DNA of 64,000 nt from Rebecca billardiae RCC1528 (Eukaryota > Protista > Haptophyta): the NCBI GenBank assembly GCA_965240325.2, contig OZ251244.1, positions 62,001-126,000 of the forward strand, given 5' to 3'. The notes under the pieces are model-generated. The model was given only the letters and a program-made list of their open reading frames with translations. It had not been told where the DNA came from and made no database searches. A program made the position numbers and the translations under genes. The stretch's first letter is position 1; the number at the start of each line of letters is the position of its first letter. This document shows positions 22,921 through 33,133 of this stretch, piece by piece.

Positions 22921-23850
22921 TCAGCCTCGCAGGCCGAAGATGGCCGAGCCGACGCGCACGGACGTCGAGCCCTGCCGGATCGCGCGCTCCCAGTCGCCCG
23001 ACATGCCCATCGACAGCTCGAGCTCCGCCTCCGCGCACCCGAGCGCGGCCGCCACGTCCCGCCTGGCGTGGTGCAGCGCCGCAAAGTCCGGGTTTGGAGA
23101 GTCCGGGGGCAGGTCCGGGCGGATGGCGCCGATGGTCATCAGCCCGGCGAGGCGGAGGTTGGCGCACTCCGCCGCGATCGTCCGCGCCAGCGCCGCCGCC
23201 TCCGCCGGCTCCACGCCCGACTTGGCCGCCTCCCCGCTCGTGTTGAGCTGCAGGAGCACCGACAGCCGGCCCGCGGCCGCGGCGCGCGCGCCCGAGCCGA
23301 GCGCGTCGCCCACCGCGCTGTCGAGCGCGCGCGCGACCTTTGGGCGGTCGACGGTCTCGACGCACGCGAGGTTGGGCACGCCCGCGACCAGCGCCTTGCA
23401 CTTGTTCGACTGCAGCGCGCCGATGTACCGCCACTCGATCTCGGGCGCAATCTCGGGCGCGCGCTGCTGCAGCTCCGCTGCCTTGCCGATCAGCTCCTGC
23501 GCGTAGTTCTCGCCGAAGTGGGTCTGCCCCGCGGCGTGCGCGGCGAGGACGAGGTCGAGCGGCTTCGTCTTCGACACCGCCACCAGCCGCGGCGCGCTCG
23601 GCAGCCCCAGCTCCGCCGTGAGCGCGTCGATGCGCGCGCGCGTCTCGCACACCGACTGCTGCACGTCCGCCGCGCTCGGCAGCGGCGGCGCGGCGGGCGG
23701 CGGCGGGGCCGCCGCGCTCATCGTAGCGAGCGCGCGCGGCAGTGGCCGCCCGGCGAGCAGCGGCCCGGCGGCCGGCATCCCCGCCGCGCACGCCCGAGCC
23801 GCGACGAGCGCGAGCACCGAGCGCGAGGCGAGGCCGCGCATCGTCAGCAT
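22921..23850 (-). CDS. PLPBP: YggS/PROSC pyridoxal-phosphate homeostasis protein with N-terminal targeting peptide
   Basis: LVAVSKTKP, FGENYAQEL, IGALQSNK, GLMTIG, ELSMGMSGD, GSTSVRVGSAIFG. Confidence 0.95.
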   Translation of the reverse strand: MLTMRGLASRSVLALVAARACAAGMPAAGPLLAGRPLPRALATMSAAAPPPPAAPPLPSAADVQQSVCETRARIDALTAELGLPSAPRLVAVSKTKPLDLVLAAHAAGQTHFGENYAQELIGKAAELQQRAPEIAPEIEWRYIGALQSNKCKALVAGVPNLACVETVDRPKVARALDSAVGDALGSGARAAAAGRLSVLLQLNTSGEAAKSGVEPAEAAALARTIAAECANLRLAGLMTIGAIRPDLPPDSPNPDFAALHHARRDVAAALGCAEAELELSMGMSGDWERAIRQGSTSVRVGSAIFGLRG

Positions 23851-24341
23851 CGCTCCAGACCGGATGGATTTTCCGATTTTCAGCAGCGCAGCATTTTCAA
23901 TTTCCGCCGCCGACGCACTACCGTCACGCAGCAAAGCGCCGCGGAATTCCCTTATCGTCCCCTGACGAGAAGGTTACATCCGCACACCTACTAGACGCTG
24001 ATAGTAACACCTAGTACGACGCGGAGGATAATCAGATTCGTCACTGGAGACAACGAAACATCCGAGACCGAAGGCCTCAAACCACACACACACAAATATA
24101 TATATAATTTAATGTCAAAATATATAGAACACAAAATTAAAAACCAAAATAAAATTCATGCACCATTTACGCATGCCAACGGCATCATGATCATTTTTAT
24201 TACTATCTAAATTTTATTTTGATAGTAACATTGTTATTACTAACTAGTATAATGACGTTGTTACTGCTATAGTTAGTAGCATTGGTAGCTATCTCGGTAG
24301 TGACACTGTCACTACTAAGCTAGATCTATACTTCAATCTAT

Positions 24342-25668
24342 TGTCTGAGGGAATGAAGAGCCCGAAACGACTGAGCTAAATCGGTTCGCGCGAACCGATT
24401 TAGCTCAGTCGTTTCGGGCTCTTCATTCCCTCAGACACAACCGTAAAGTCACCTGTTCGAATCCAGCGACCGACCGACGCGGGCAACTCTTGGCCTTTCA
24501 CGCGAAGCGCTTTCGACCTCGCGAGAGCCTCGCGGCTCCGGGGGGGAATGAAAAGCGAGGAGTCGGCAAAAAGACGAACGAAAGAGGGGAGCACGAAGAA
24601 GATGACCGACAAAGAAAGACGACGACCAAAAAAAAAACGAGCACGGTCCGCGACGCGCAACCTCCGGGTACAGTCGCCCGGGTGAACAACAAAGACACAA
24701 AAAGAGCCTCATCACAAAGCCACAGCAGCAAAGAAGGGCTCACCGCCCACAAAAGACGGAGTCTCTACGAAGCCAGAGAGCAGACGAGCACGCAGGGTGG
24801 AACACCTGGGAAAGACCAGGCGGGGAGAGAAAAACCTCGACAACAAATCCGTCAGAACACTGGACGGGACTACAGCCCCTCGCGGGGTGTCCCACAGGAG
24901 ACTTACGGTTATGTCTGAGGGAATGAAGAGCCCGAAACGACTGAGCTAAATCGGTTCGCGCGAACCGATTTAGCTCAGTCGTTTCGGGCTCTTCATTCCC
25001 TCAGACATGTCGAAGGGAATGAAGAGCCCGAAACGACTGAGCTAAATCGGTTCGCGCGAACCGATTTAGCTCAGTCGTTTCGGGCTCTTCATTCCCTCAG
25101 ACATAACCGTAAAGTCACCTGTTCGAATCCAGCGACCGACCGACGCGGGCAACTCTTGGCCTTTCACGCGAAGCGCTTTCGACCTCGCGAGAGCCTCGCG
25201 GCTCCGGGGGGGAATGAAAAGCGAGGAGTCGGCAAAAAGACGAACGAAAGAGGGGAGCACGAAGAAGATGACCGACAAAGAAAGACGACGACAGAAAAAA
25301 ACGAGCACGGTCCGCGACGCGCAACCTCCGGGTACAGTCGCCCGGGTGAACAACAAAGACACAAAAAGAGCCTCACAAAGCCACAGCAGCAAAGAAGGGC
25401 TCACCGCCCACAAAAGACGGAGTCTCTACGAAGCCACAGAGCAGACGAGCACGCAGGGTGGAACACCTGGGAAAGACCAGGCGGGGAGAGAAAAACCTCG
25501 ACAACAAATCCGTCAGAACACTGGACGGGACTACAGCCCCTCGCGGGGTGTCCCACAGGAGACTTACGGTTATGTCCGAGGGAATGAAGAGCCCGAAACG
25601 ACTGAGCTAAATCGGTTCGCGCGAACCGATTTAGCTCAGTCGTTTCGGGCTCTTCATTCCCTCGGACA
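24342..25668. mobile_element. Tandem dimer of a ~665-bp element with 96-bp palindromic termini, TGT...ACA ends and 5-bp TSD TCTAT
   Basis: Palindromes at 24342-24437, 24912-25007, 25008-25103 and 25573-25668; two near-identical ~470-bp A-rich cores in the same orientation; TCTAT at 24337-24341 and 25669-25673. Confidence 0.85.
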
Positions 25669-26017
25669 TCTATACTTGCTATAATACTATACTTCAATCC
25701 CGGTCAGTCATCTCAGACATTGATAGATAGATATCCGACTCGAGTCGTCTCGGCGTCTGTCATTCTCTTGAAAGTTATTCTGGCGTCCGCCGGAACAGTC
25801 ATCAGCATAGTCTAGCTGCTCTCTCTCTCTGTCTCTAGCTAAGCTGCTACTAGAATCATTATCATCGTCATCATCATCCATCATCATCATCATCATCATC
25901 ATCATCGTCGTCGTCTGAATAGTAAAGCTTGTTACAAAGTACGACTACTAAATATACTAACTTTAGCGTGTATCTGTGAAGTCCTGTCTAACTACCCGTT
26001 CGACCGCCTATGCCCTA

Positions 26018-26462
26018 TCCGGACGGGGCATCGAGCTCGAGCCAGGCCCGCATCCAGACCTGCGTGTAAAGTTGCAAAGTGTAAAGTAGGTCCGGGAGCC
26101 CAGCCGGACTTGTCCGGCCAGTCCGACCGGACGCGTGCCAGCTGCCACCGGGCCCGGCACTCTCCGGCGCCTCCGCCCGGCGCCGGCCGGTCGCCGGGGC
26201 GCCGCGGCCGAGAGGCAGTGCAAAGTTGTAAAGTGTAAATTACATCCGGGAGCCAGGCCGGACCTATCCGGACAGCCGTCCGGCCACGCACGCGTGCGGG
26301 CTGTGCCGACGCGCCGCGCCGGCCGGCTGCCGGGCGCACGAGGGCGTGTATGACAGTGTGAAAAAGTAAATCCGGGCGCCTCCGGACGGGGCATCGCGCG
26401 CCGCGCAAGCTGCTTGGCCCAGCAACCCCCCGTAAAAGTTGTAAAGTGTAAAGTAAGTCCGG
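26018..26462 (-). repeat. Inverted, degenerate copies of the ~200-bp satellite unit
   Basis: TGTAAAGTTGTAAAGTGTAAAGTA-type boxes at ~26065, ~26219, ~26432 (weaker one ~26350), with reverse-complement GC spacers of the 28.6-30.6 kb array. Confidence 0.85.
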
Positions 26463-26749
26463 GGCTTTCGCGGGTCCAATCCGGGATCCCGCAGCCCGAG
26501 CGGCGGCGCGATGTTCGCCGCCATGGTCGATGGTGTTCGCAAGCACGTTCAGAAGCCGCCCGCCCTCGACGACGCGATCTGCACGTGCGCGCGTTGGTCA
26601 GAGCACACGCGTGACGTGGGTGAGTCGGGGGACTACCCACTACGAAGCAAAGTAGAGCGTGAAGCAAGGTAGAGTGTGTTTCCGCGTGCGCGCTCGGGCA
26701 GCTCTGCTGTGACCCCTCGGCCACGTCGTGATGTGTGCGTCCGCGCGCA

Positions 26750-28030
26750 CGGCCACGCCAGCGTGGCCAGTGCGCTTCCTCTTCAACGACACCAACGAGC
26801 TCGCCCTGGCGCACAACGTTGGCAGCAGCGCCGTGACTACACGGCTGCTGGTGGTGCGCGTGTCCGGTTGGCCACACCCTCGTGACTCTGCGGCTGCGCG
26901 CAGAAGCAGCGCCACCGGCGTGCTGCTGCCTGCCGGCATGCTGGTGGCGCCCGCGCCCGCGCCGCCGCCGCCATTTTGTGACCGTCCCACAGTGCGCCCC
27001 GCTGCATGCGCCTTGTGGCGCGCGTCCGGTTGGCCACAGCCTCGTGACTCTGCGGCTCTGCGGCTGCGCGCACAAGCAGCGCCACCGGCGTGCTGCCGCT
27101 GCCGGCATGCTGATGGCGCCCGCGCCCGCGCCGCCGCCGCCATTTTGTGACCTTCCCGCGCCGTGCGCCCCGCTGCATGCGCCGTCTGGGGCGCGTCCGG
27201 CTGACCGCAGCCTCGTGACTCTGCGGCTGCGCGCGCAAGCATCGCCACTGGCGTGCTGCCGCTGCTCGCATGCTGATGGCGCCCGCGCCCGCGCCGCCGC
27301 CGCCATTTTGTGACCTTCCCGCGCGGTGCGCCCCGCTGCATGCGCCGTCTGGGGCGCGTCCAGTTAGCCACAGCCTCGTGACTCTGCGTCTCTGCGGCTG
27401 CACGCGCATCTACCGCGGCGGGCTGCGCCTGCTGTTCACGGCCAAGGCGGACGGCGAACCCCGTACATCCCCGCCGCGGTCGTTGCCACCGCCGGCGACG
27501 GCGTCGTGCGCTGCGAGTGGCTTGCGCGCCTGCCCGCGTGGCACGCCCTCCGCACCCGCACTGTGCCCGCGGCTTGGCCCACACGCGTGCACAACGAGGC
27601 GGTCGAATGGGCAGCGCGTGCGTAGACGGCACCTGCGCCGTCGGGTCAGCGCCGCCCGTGCGCCGGGCGTGCGCACCTTCCCGCCTCGCCAGCTGGCGCG
27701 CGAACCGCCCTCGCCGCGTGGCTAAACGAGCAGCTCGGCTCGCGCGGCGCGGGCGAGCCGATCAGTGCGCGCCCGGCGGCGCCGGGCGCTGGCCGCCGAT
27801 TACGCGCGTGTACGCGGGGCGCTCGCCGGGTCTACTCGCGACGTGCTCGACGGCGAGTCGATGGTGTGACTACAAGCGCAGTGAGCACTGGCGGCGGATT
27901 GTCTTCTACTTCGCCAAGCTAGACGGCATCGACCTCTGCTGCGTGGACGACGCGTGTGTCCACGCGCACGGCCGCGCAGGCGCAGCTGCCGTGCGCCTTC
28001 GTGGCTTCCTTTTGACGGTGCCGACGGGCT
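26750..28030 (+). pseudogene. Decayed archaeo-eukaryotic primase (PrimPol / NCLDV-type) with UL52-like zinc finger
   Basis: H-x-x-(frameshift)-WP at 26754; RIYRGGLRLLFTAK at ~27405 followed by frameshifted PYIP; SRWCDYKRSEH...VFYF...GIDLCCVDDAC at 27856-27957; motif I not found. Confidence 0.5.
26860..27400 (+). repeat. Tandem repeat of about 3 x 165-170 bp
   Basis: CTCGTGACTCTGCG recurs at ~26879, 27041, 27212 and 27375; CCGCCATTTTGTGACC occurs three times. Confidence 0.85.
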
Positions 28031-28599
28031 CGCCCCCTCACCACGCGTGGCCTGCGCGGCCGTGCAGCGCGGGCACGGTGGCTCGCGCGGCAAGGCGCCG
28101 GTTGCGCGCTCGCAGCAGTTTGCAGCCCTCCGGCGCGCGGCGTTTGCTGCAGCGCCGTGACCACGCGGCTGTGGGCCGCGCCACTGGTGCTGCTGGCCGC
28201 CGCGGCCATGCCGCCGCCGCCATGATACGACCTTTTCGCGCTGTGCGCCCCGCTACACACAGCATGCGTGGACGACCGCGCTGCGCCTCGCGCCAAATGG
28301 CGCCCAGCAATACGGATGCGCACTGCACACTGCGTGCAGCGGGTTGAACGGCCCTGGCTGTGGCGTGCAACGTGCGCCGTAGAGGCGTGACTCGCCAGCC
28401 CGCGGCGGGCGTAGCGCGCGCACGCACGGGCGAGCAGCACTACTGCGTGTTGCTCAGCCGCGCCCGCGCCGCGCCATCGGTAGGTGGTGGCGCCCTCGAC
28501 CGGTATCGAATCGCCCTCCCTCACCTACCTCCCTCGCCCGGGCGGGTCGATCGCGGGCGCCGGCATCGCGATCAAATCGCGTCCGGCCGCGTCGTCCCG

Positions 28600-30597
28600 C
28601 CCGGACTTACTTTACACTTTACAACTTTACAGGCCCTCTCGCGCCCGCGGCCCGGCGGCGGCGCGGCGGCCGGCGGGCCAGCATGCGTCCGGTCGGACTG
28701 GCCGGACATGTCCGGCTGGGCTCCCGGACCTACTTTACACTTTACAACTTTACACGCCGGGCTGGGTGCTGGCCTGGCTCGTGCTCGATGCCCCGTCCGG
28801 ACGTGCGCTCACGGACCTACTTTACACTTTATACAACTTTACAGGCCCTCTCGCGCCCGCGGCCGGCCGGCCGGCGGCGCGGCGGCCAGCACGCGTCCGG
28901 TCGGACTGGCCGGACATGTCCGGCTGGGCTCCCGGACCTACTTTACACTTTACAACTTTACACGCCGGGCTGGGTGCTGGCCTGGCTCGTGCTCGATGCC
29001 CCGTCCGGACGTGCGCTCCCGGACTTACTTTACACTTTACAACTTTACAGGCCCTCTCGCGCCCGCGGCCGGCGGCGCGGCGGCCAGCACGCGTCCGGTC
29101 GGACTGGCCGGACATGTCCGGCCGGGCTCCCGGACCTACTTTACACTTTACAACTTTACACGCCGGGCTGGGTGCTGGCCTGGCTCATGGTCGATGCCCC
29201 GTCCGGACGTGCGCTCCCGGACCTACTTTACACTTTACAACTTTACAGGCCCTCTCGCGCCCGCGGCCGCGGCGGCGCGACGGCCAGCATGCGTCCGGTC
29301 GGACTGGCCGGACATGTCCGGCTGGGCTCCCGGACCTACTTTACACTTTACAACTTTACACGCCGGGCTGGGTGCTGGCCTGGCTCGTGCTCGATGCCCC
29401 GTCCGGACGTGCGCTTCCGGACTTACTTTACACTTTACAACTTTACAGGCCCTCTCGCGCCCGCGGCCGGCGGCGCGGCGGCCACGGCATGCGTCCGGTC
29501 GGACTGGCCGGACATGTCCGGCTGGGCTCCCGGACCTACTTTACACTTTACAACTTTACACGCCGGGCTGGGTGCTGGCCTGGCTCGTGCTCGATGCCCC
29601 GTCCGGACGTGCGCTCCCGGACCTACTTTACACTTTACAACTTTACAGGCCCTCTCGCGCCCGCGGCCGCGGCGGCGCGACGGCCAGCATGCGTCCGGTC
29701 GGACTGGCCGGACATGTCCGGCTGGGCTCCCGGACCTACTTTACACTTTACAACTTTACACGCCGGGCTGGGTGCTGGCCTGGCTCGTGCTCGATGCCCC
29801 GTCCGGACGTGCGCTCCCGGACCTACTTTACACTTTATACAACTTTACAGGCCCTCTCGCGCCCGCGGCCGGCCGGCCGGCGGCGCGGCGGCCAGCATGC
29901 GTCCGGTCGGACTGGCCGGACATGTCCGGCTGGGCTCCCGGACCTACTTTACACTTTACAACTTTACACGCCGGGCTGGGTGCTGGCCTGGCTCGTGCTC
30001 GATGCCCCGTCCGGACGTGCGCTCCCGGACTTACTTTACACTTTACAACTTTACAGGCCCTCTCGCGCCCGCGGCCGGCGGCGCGGCGGCCAGCACGCGT
30101 CCGGTCGGACTGGCCGGACATGTCCGGCTGGTCTCCCGGACCTACTTTACACTTTACAACGTTACACGCCGGGCTGGGTGCTGGCCTGGCTCGTGCTCGA
30201 TGCCCCGTCCGGATCTGCGCTCCCGGACCTACTTTACACTTTACAACTTTACAGGCCCTCTCGCCCCCGCGGCCGGCGGCGCGGCGGCCAGCATGCGTCC
30301 GGTCGGACTGGCCGGACATGTCCGGCTGGGCTCCCGGACCTACTTTACACTTTACAACTTTACACGCCGCGGGCTGGGTGCTGGCCTGGCTCATGGTCGA
30401 TGCCCCGTCCGGACGTGCGCTCCCGGACTTACTTTACACTTTACAACTTTACAGGCCCTCTCGCGCCCGCGGCCGGCGGCGCGGCGGCCAGCATGCGTCC
30501 GGTCGGACTGGCCGGACATGTCCGGCTGGGCTCCCGGACCTACTTTACACTTTACAACTTTACACGCCGGGCTGGGTGCTGGCCTGGCTCATGGTCG
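28600..30597 (+). repeat. Tandem array of 10 units of ~198-210 bp, each with two TACTTTACACTTTACAACTTTACA boxes
   Basis: Unit starts at ~28603, 28813, 29021, 29219, 29419, 29619, 29819, 30027, 30225 and 30425. Confidence 0.95.
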
Positions 30598-31248
30598 CGC
30601 CAGCCAGATCAGTCGCGCGCGCGCGGCGGCACTGCGCGCGCGCGGGGCGCGCGTGCCTTTCCTAGAAACTTCCGCAGAGCCGCGAGAAGGTTACACTACT
30701 TTACATAGTGACAGGGCTGGACCAGGCTTACTAGTTACACATAGGAGACACGACGTTACATATAGGAGGCATAGGCTACATTTCTACTATACGGCTTTTC
30801 TGGGGGGTGTAACCTTCTCGTGACAGGACCACCACCCGGAATTCGACGCGTTAGCGCAGCGCAGATGTGCTCACTGTAGCTACAGTCACTGCGCATTTAT
30901 CAGTCAGTCTGAGTCAGTGACAGTGTGCTGACGAGGATGCCAGTGACATTGATCGCATCGTCATGATCACGTCACCGTCATCAATTCTCGCCAGAGAAAA
31001 ATTGGCAATATAATATTTGCTGTCGCCTTGTCGCCCTTGTCCGCGGCCCATTGTCGGCACTCGGCGGGGGTGTGCCGGGCCGTACTCCGTACGGGCCTGC
31101 CCGCCCGGGTGGCTGCAGACTGTGCCATCCGCCGCGCCGAAAGAGCCGCCGCCGGGAGCGCGGCGACGCTTGAGGCGCGGCGCCCGGCGGCGCCGCCGCG
31201 CCGCGAGCTGGCAGCAGCTGGCAGCAGCGGCGGCGCTGACGCGCTCGC

Positions 31249-32211
31249 TCAGCGCCGGCTCAGCTCGATGATGTGCACCGGCGCGTCGCCCACCTCCTGC
31301 ACGGCCTTCTCGGCCCAGCGGAAGCCCGCGCCCTCGAAGAACACCTTGACCGAGTTGAACTCGCCCGGGTACCGGTCCGTCATCGCGAGCAGCACGCGCG
31401 TCGGCCGCTGCGCACCCGCGGACGGCTCGGCGGGCGCGCCGCCCAGCGCGCGCAGCGCCGAGCCGAGAGAGCCCCACGCGTTGGCGTTGTACGTGAGGTC
31501 GGAGCCGACGACCCAGTCCCACCGCTCGCCCTCCTTGGCGCAGAACGCGCGCGCGCTCTCCGCGCCCCAGCCCAGCTCCGCCGTGCCCACGCTCCCGCCG
31601 CCCTGCGCCAGCCGGTTGGTCGCCAGGTTGGCGGCCGCGTTGGCCAGCAGGGCGTCGTTGCCGTCGGTCGCGACGACGCGCGCGGCGCCGAGGGAGTGCG
31701 CGACGACGGAGCACAACGCGCAGCCCGCGCCGAGCTCGAGCACGCGCGTCCCCGCGAACGCCTCGCGCCCGAGCCCGTCCATGTACGCCGAGAGCGCGAG
31801 CGCTCCGTTCCAGACCGCCGCGCCAGTGCTGCCGGCAGACACTGCGCTCTGCTGCAGGACGAGCACGCGGCCGGCGCGGGGTAGCACGCGCGCGGGGAGG
31901 CGCATGCACCGGTTGGTGAACACGTTCACCTCCGCCTCCTCCAGCAGGTCGCTCGCGCCCTGCCCGCACGTCGCCGCCGCGCCGCCGCTCGCGCGGAGCG
32001 CGTCCGCCACCGCGCGCTCGTTCGAGTTGCCAAGCATCTCGCGCGTCCAGAGGCCGTCGACGAGGGCGTCGTCCGCGGCGCGGGAGGCGGCGGGCAGGCC
32101 GCACGCGCACGCCGCGCCGGCAGCCACCGCGCGCCGCCGGCCCATCTCCGCCGGCCGCGCCACGCCCGCGGCACACAGGCCGAGCACAACCGCGGCCGTC
32201 GGCGCCACCAT
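31249..32211 (-). CDS. Methyltransferase family 16 (METTL21-like lysine methyltransferase) with N-terminal signal peptide
   Basis: TGAAVWNGALALS, RVLELGAGC, VVATDG, ELGWG, DWVVGSDLTY. Confidence 0.9.
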   Translation of the reverse strand: MVAPTAAVVLGLCAAGVARPAEMGRRRAVAAGAACACGLPAASRAADDALVDGLWTREMLGNSNERAVADALRASGGAAATCGQGASDLLEEAEVNVFTNRCMRLPARVLPRAGRVLVLQQSAVSAGSTGAAVWNGALALSAYMDGLGREAFAGTRVLELGAGCALCSVVAHSLGAARVVATDGNDALLANAAANLATNRLAQGGGSVGTAELGWGAESARAFCAKEGERWDWVVGSDLTYNANAWGSLGSALRALGGAPAEPSAGAQRPTRVLLAMTDRYPGEFNSVKVFFEGAGFRWAEKAVQEVGDAPVHIIELSRR

Positions 32212-32356
32212 CCTGCCGTGATTGCGCGGCGCGGCGCCGGGCGCCCTCCCGGACGCTCGGTGGGCAGCGCGTGCGCCGGCCGGTTCTGCAAGGGTGGTCT
32301 GGTCGTTCTGGAGGTTTGCGACATTCAAGCAGCAGCCGGGCGGGAAACGCGGCCCA

Positions 32357-33133
32357 ATGCCGTCGCACGCGGCGACGCGGCTCGGCGTCTGCCCCGGCTG
32401 GTCGAACGTCTCGCAGGTCGCTTTCGCCGCGTCGCTGCGCGCGCCGCGCCCGGGCTCGCCCCCTGCCGGCTCGTGGACCCGCGAGCTCGAGCGCCTCGAG
32501 ACGAACGCGGCCGCAGCGCGGCGGCAGCTCGCGCACCGCTCCGCGCTGATCCGGCTGCTGCTCGGCGAGCTGCGCGGCGCGGAGCGCGAGATCGAGCGGG
32601 CGGCGGACGCGGCGGCGCTCTCGAACGCGGCGCGAGAGCTCCTTCTCGACGAGGTACGCGCGCTCCGCGCCCAGCTCGACGACCTCGGCCACCCGCGCTA
32701 CGCCGAGGCGGCGTACATTGCGCAGCGCGCGCGCGACGCGATCGCCGAGCGCGACGACCGCGTCGCCGCGCTGCAGGCGGCGCTGAGCGAGCGCGAGGCG
32801 GAGCTGCGCGATGCGCGCAGCGCGCTCGCGCTCGGTGCGCGCCTCTCGCACGAGGCGCGCGTCGTTGCTGCCGAGAGCACGGCGCGCGAGCGCGAGCTGC
32901 GCGCCGCCGAGGGCGAGCTCGCAGACACGCGCGCGCAGCTGCGCGCGGCGAGCGGCCGCGCGGCCGAGCTGGAGGAGGCGCTGGCCGAGGCGCACGCGCG
33001 GCTGCGTGCGCACATCACGCGCACGAGCACGCACGCGCGCGCGCGCTCGGCCGAGGCGCTGCGCGCCGAGCTACTGGCGACGGCGGGCGGCGGCGGCATC
33101 GAGCGGGCGGATGCCGCCGATGGACGACGATGA
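32357..33133 (+). CDS. Coiled-coil hypothetical protein
   Basis: Heptad-rich E/A/R/L ORF with host codon usage. Confidence 0.65.
   Translation: MPSHAATRLGVCPGWSNVSQVAFAASLRAPRPGSPPAGSWTRELERLETNAAAARRQLAHRSALIRLLLGELRGAEREIERAADAAALSNAARELLLDEVRALRAQLDDLGHPRYAEAAYIAQRARDAIAERDDRVAALQAALSEREAELRDARSALALGARLSHEARVVAAESTARERELRAAEGELADTRAQLRAASGRAAELEEALAEAHARLRAHITRTSTHARARSAEALRAELLATAGGGGIERADAADGRR

Larger units (their letters stand above)
23966..30820. mobile_element. Putative ~6.9-kb composite TIR element with TGA target-site duplication
   Basis: TGA|CGAGAAGGTTACATCC ... GGGTGTAACCTTCTCG|TGA; an extra copy of CGAGAAGGTTACAC at 30683; no host-type genes inside. Confidence 0.5.

Noticed and set aside
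24400-25697. Short ORFs inside the palindromic element
   Set aside because: Frames differ between the two copies through indels; low-complexity translations
28600-30597. CRISPR-like repeat/spacer appearance
   Set aside because: Spacers alternate between two repeated sequences, the context is eukaryotic and no cas genes are present
28360-30823. Three long overlapping ORFs (660-782 aa) in all + frames
   Set aside because: By-product of a stop-free tandem repeat; the translation cycles through the same three peptides as unit length varies
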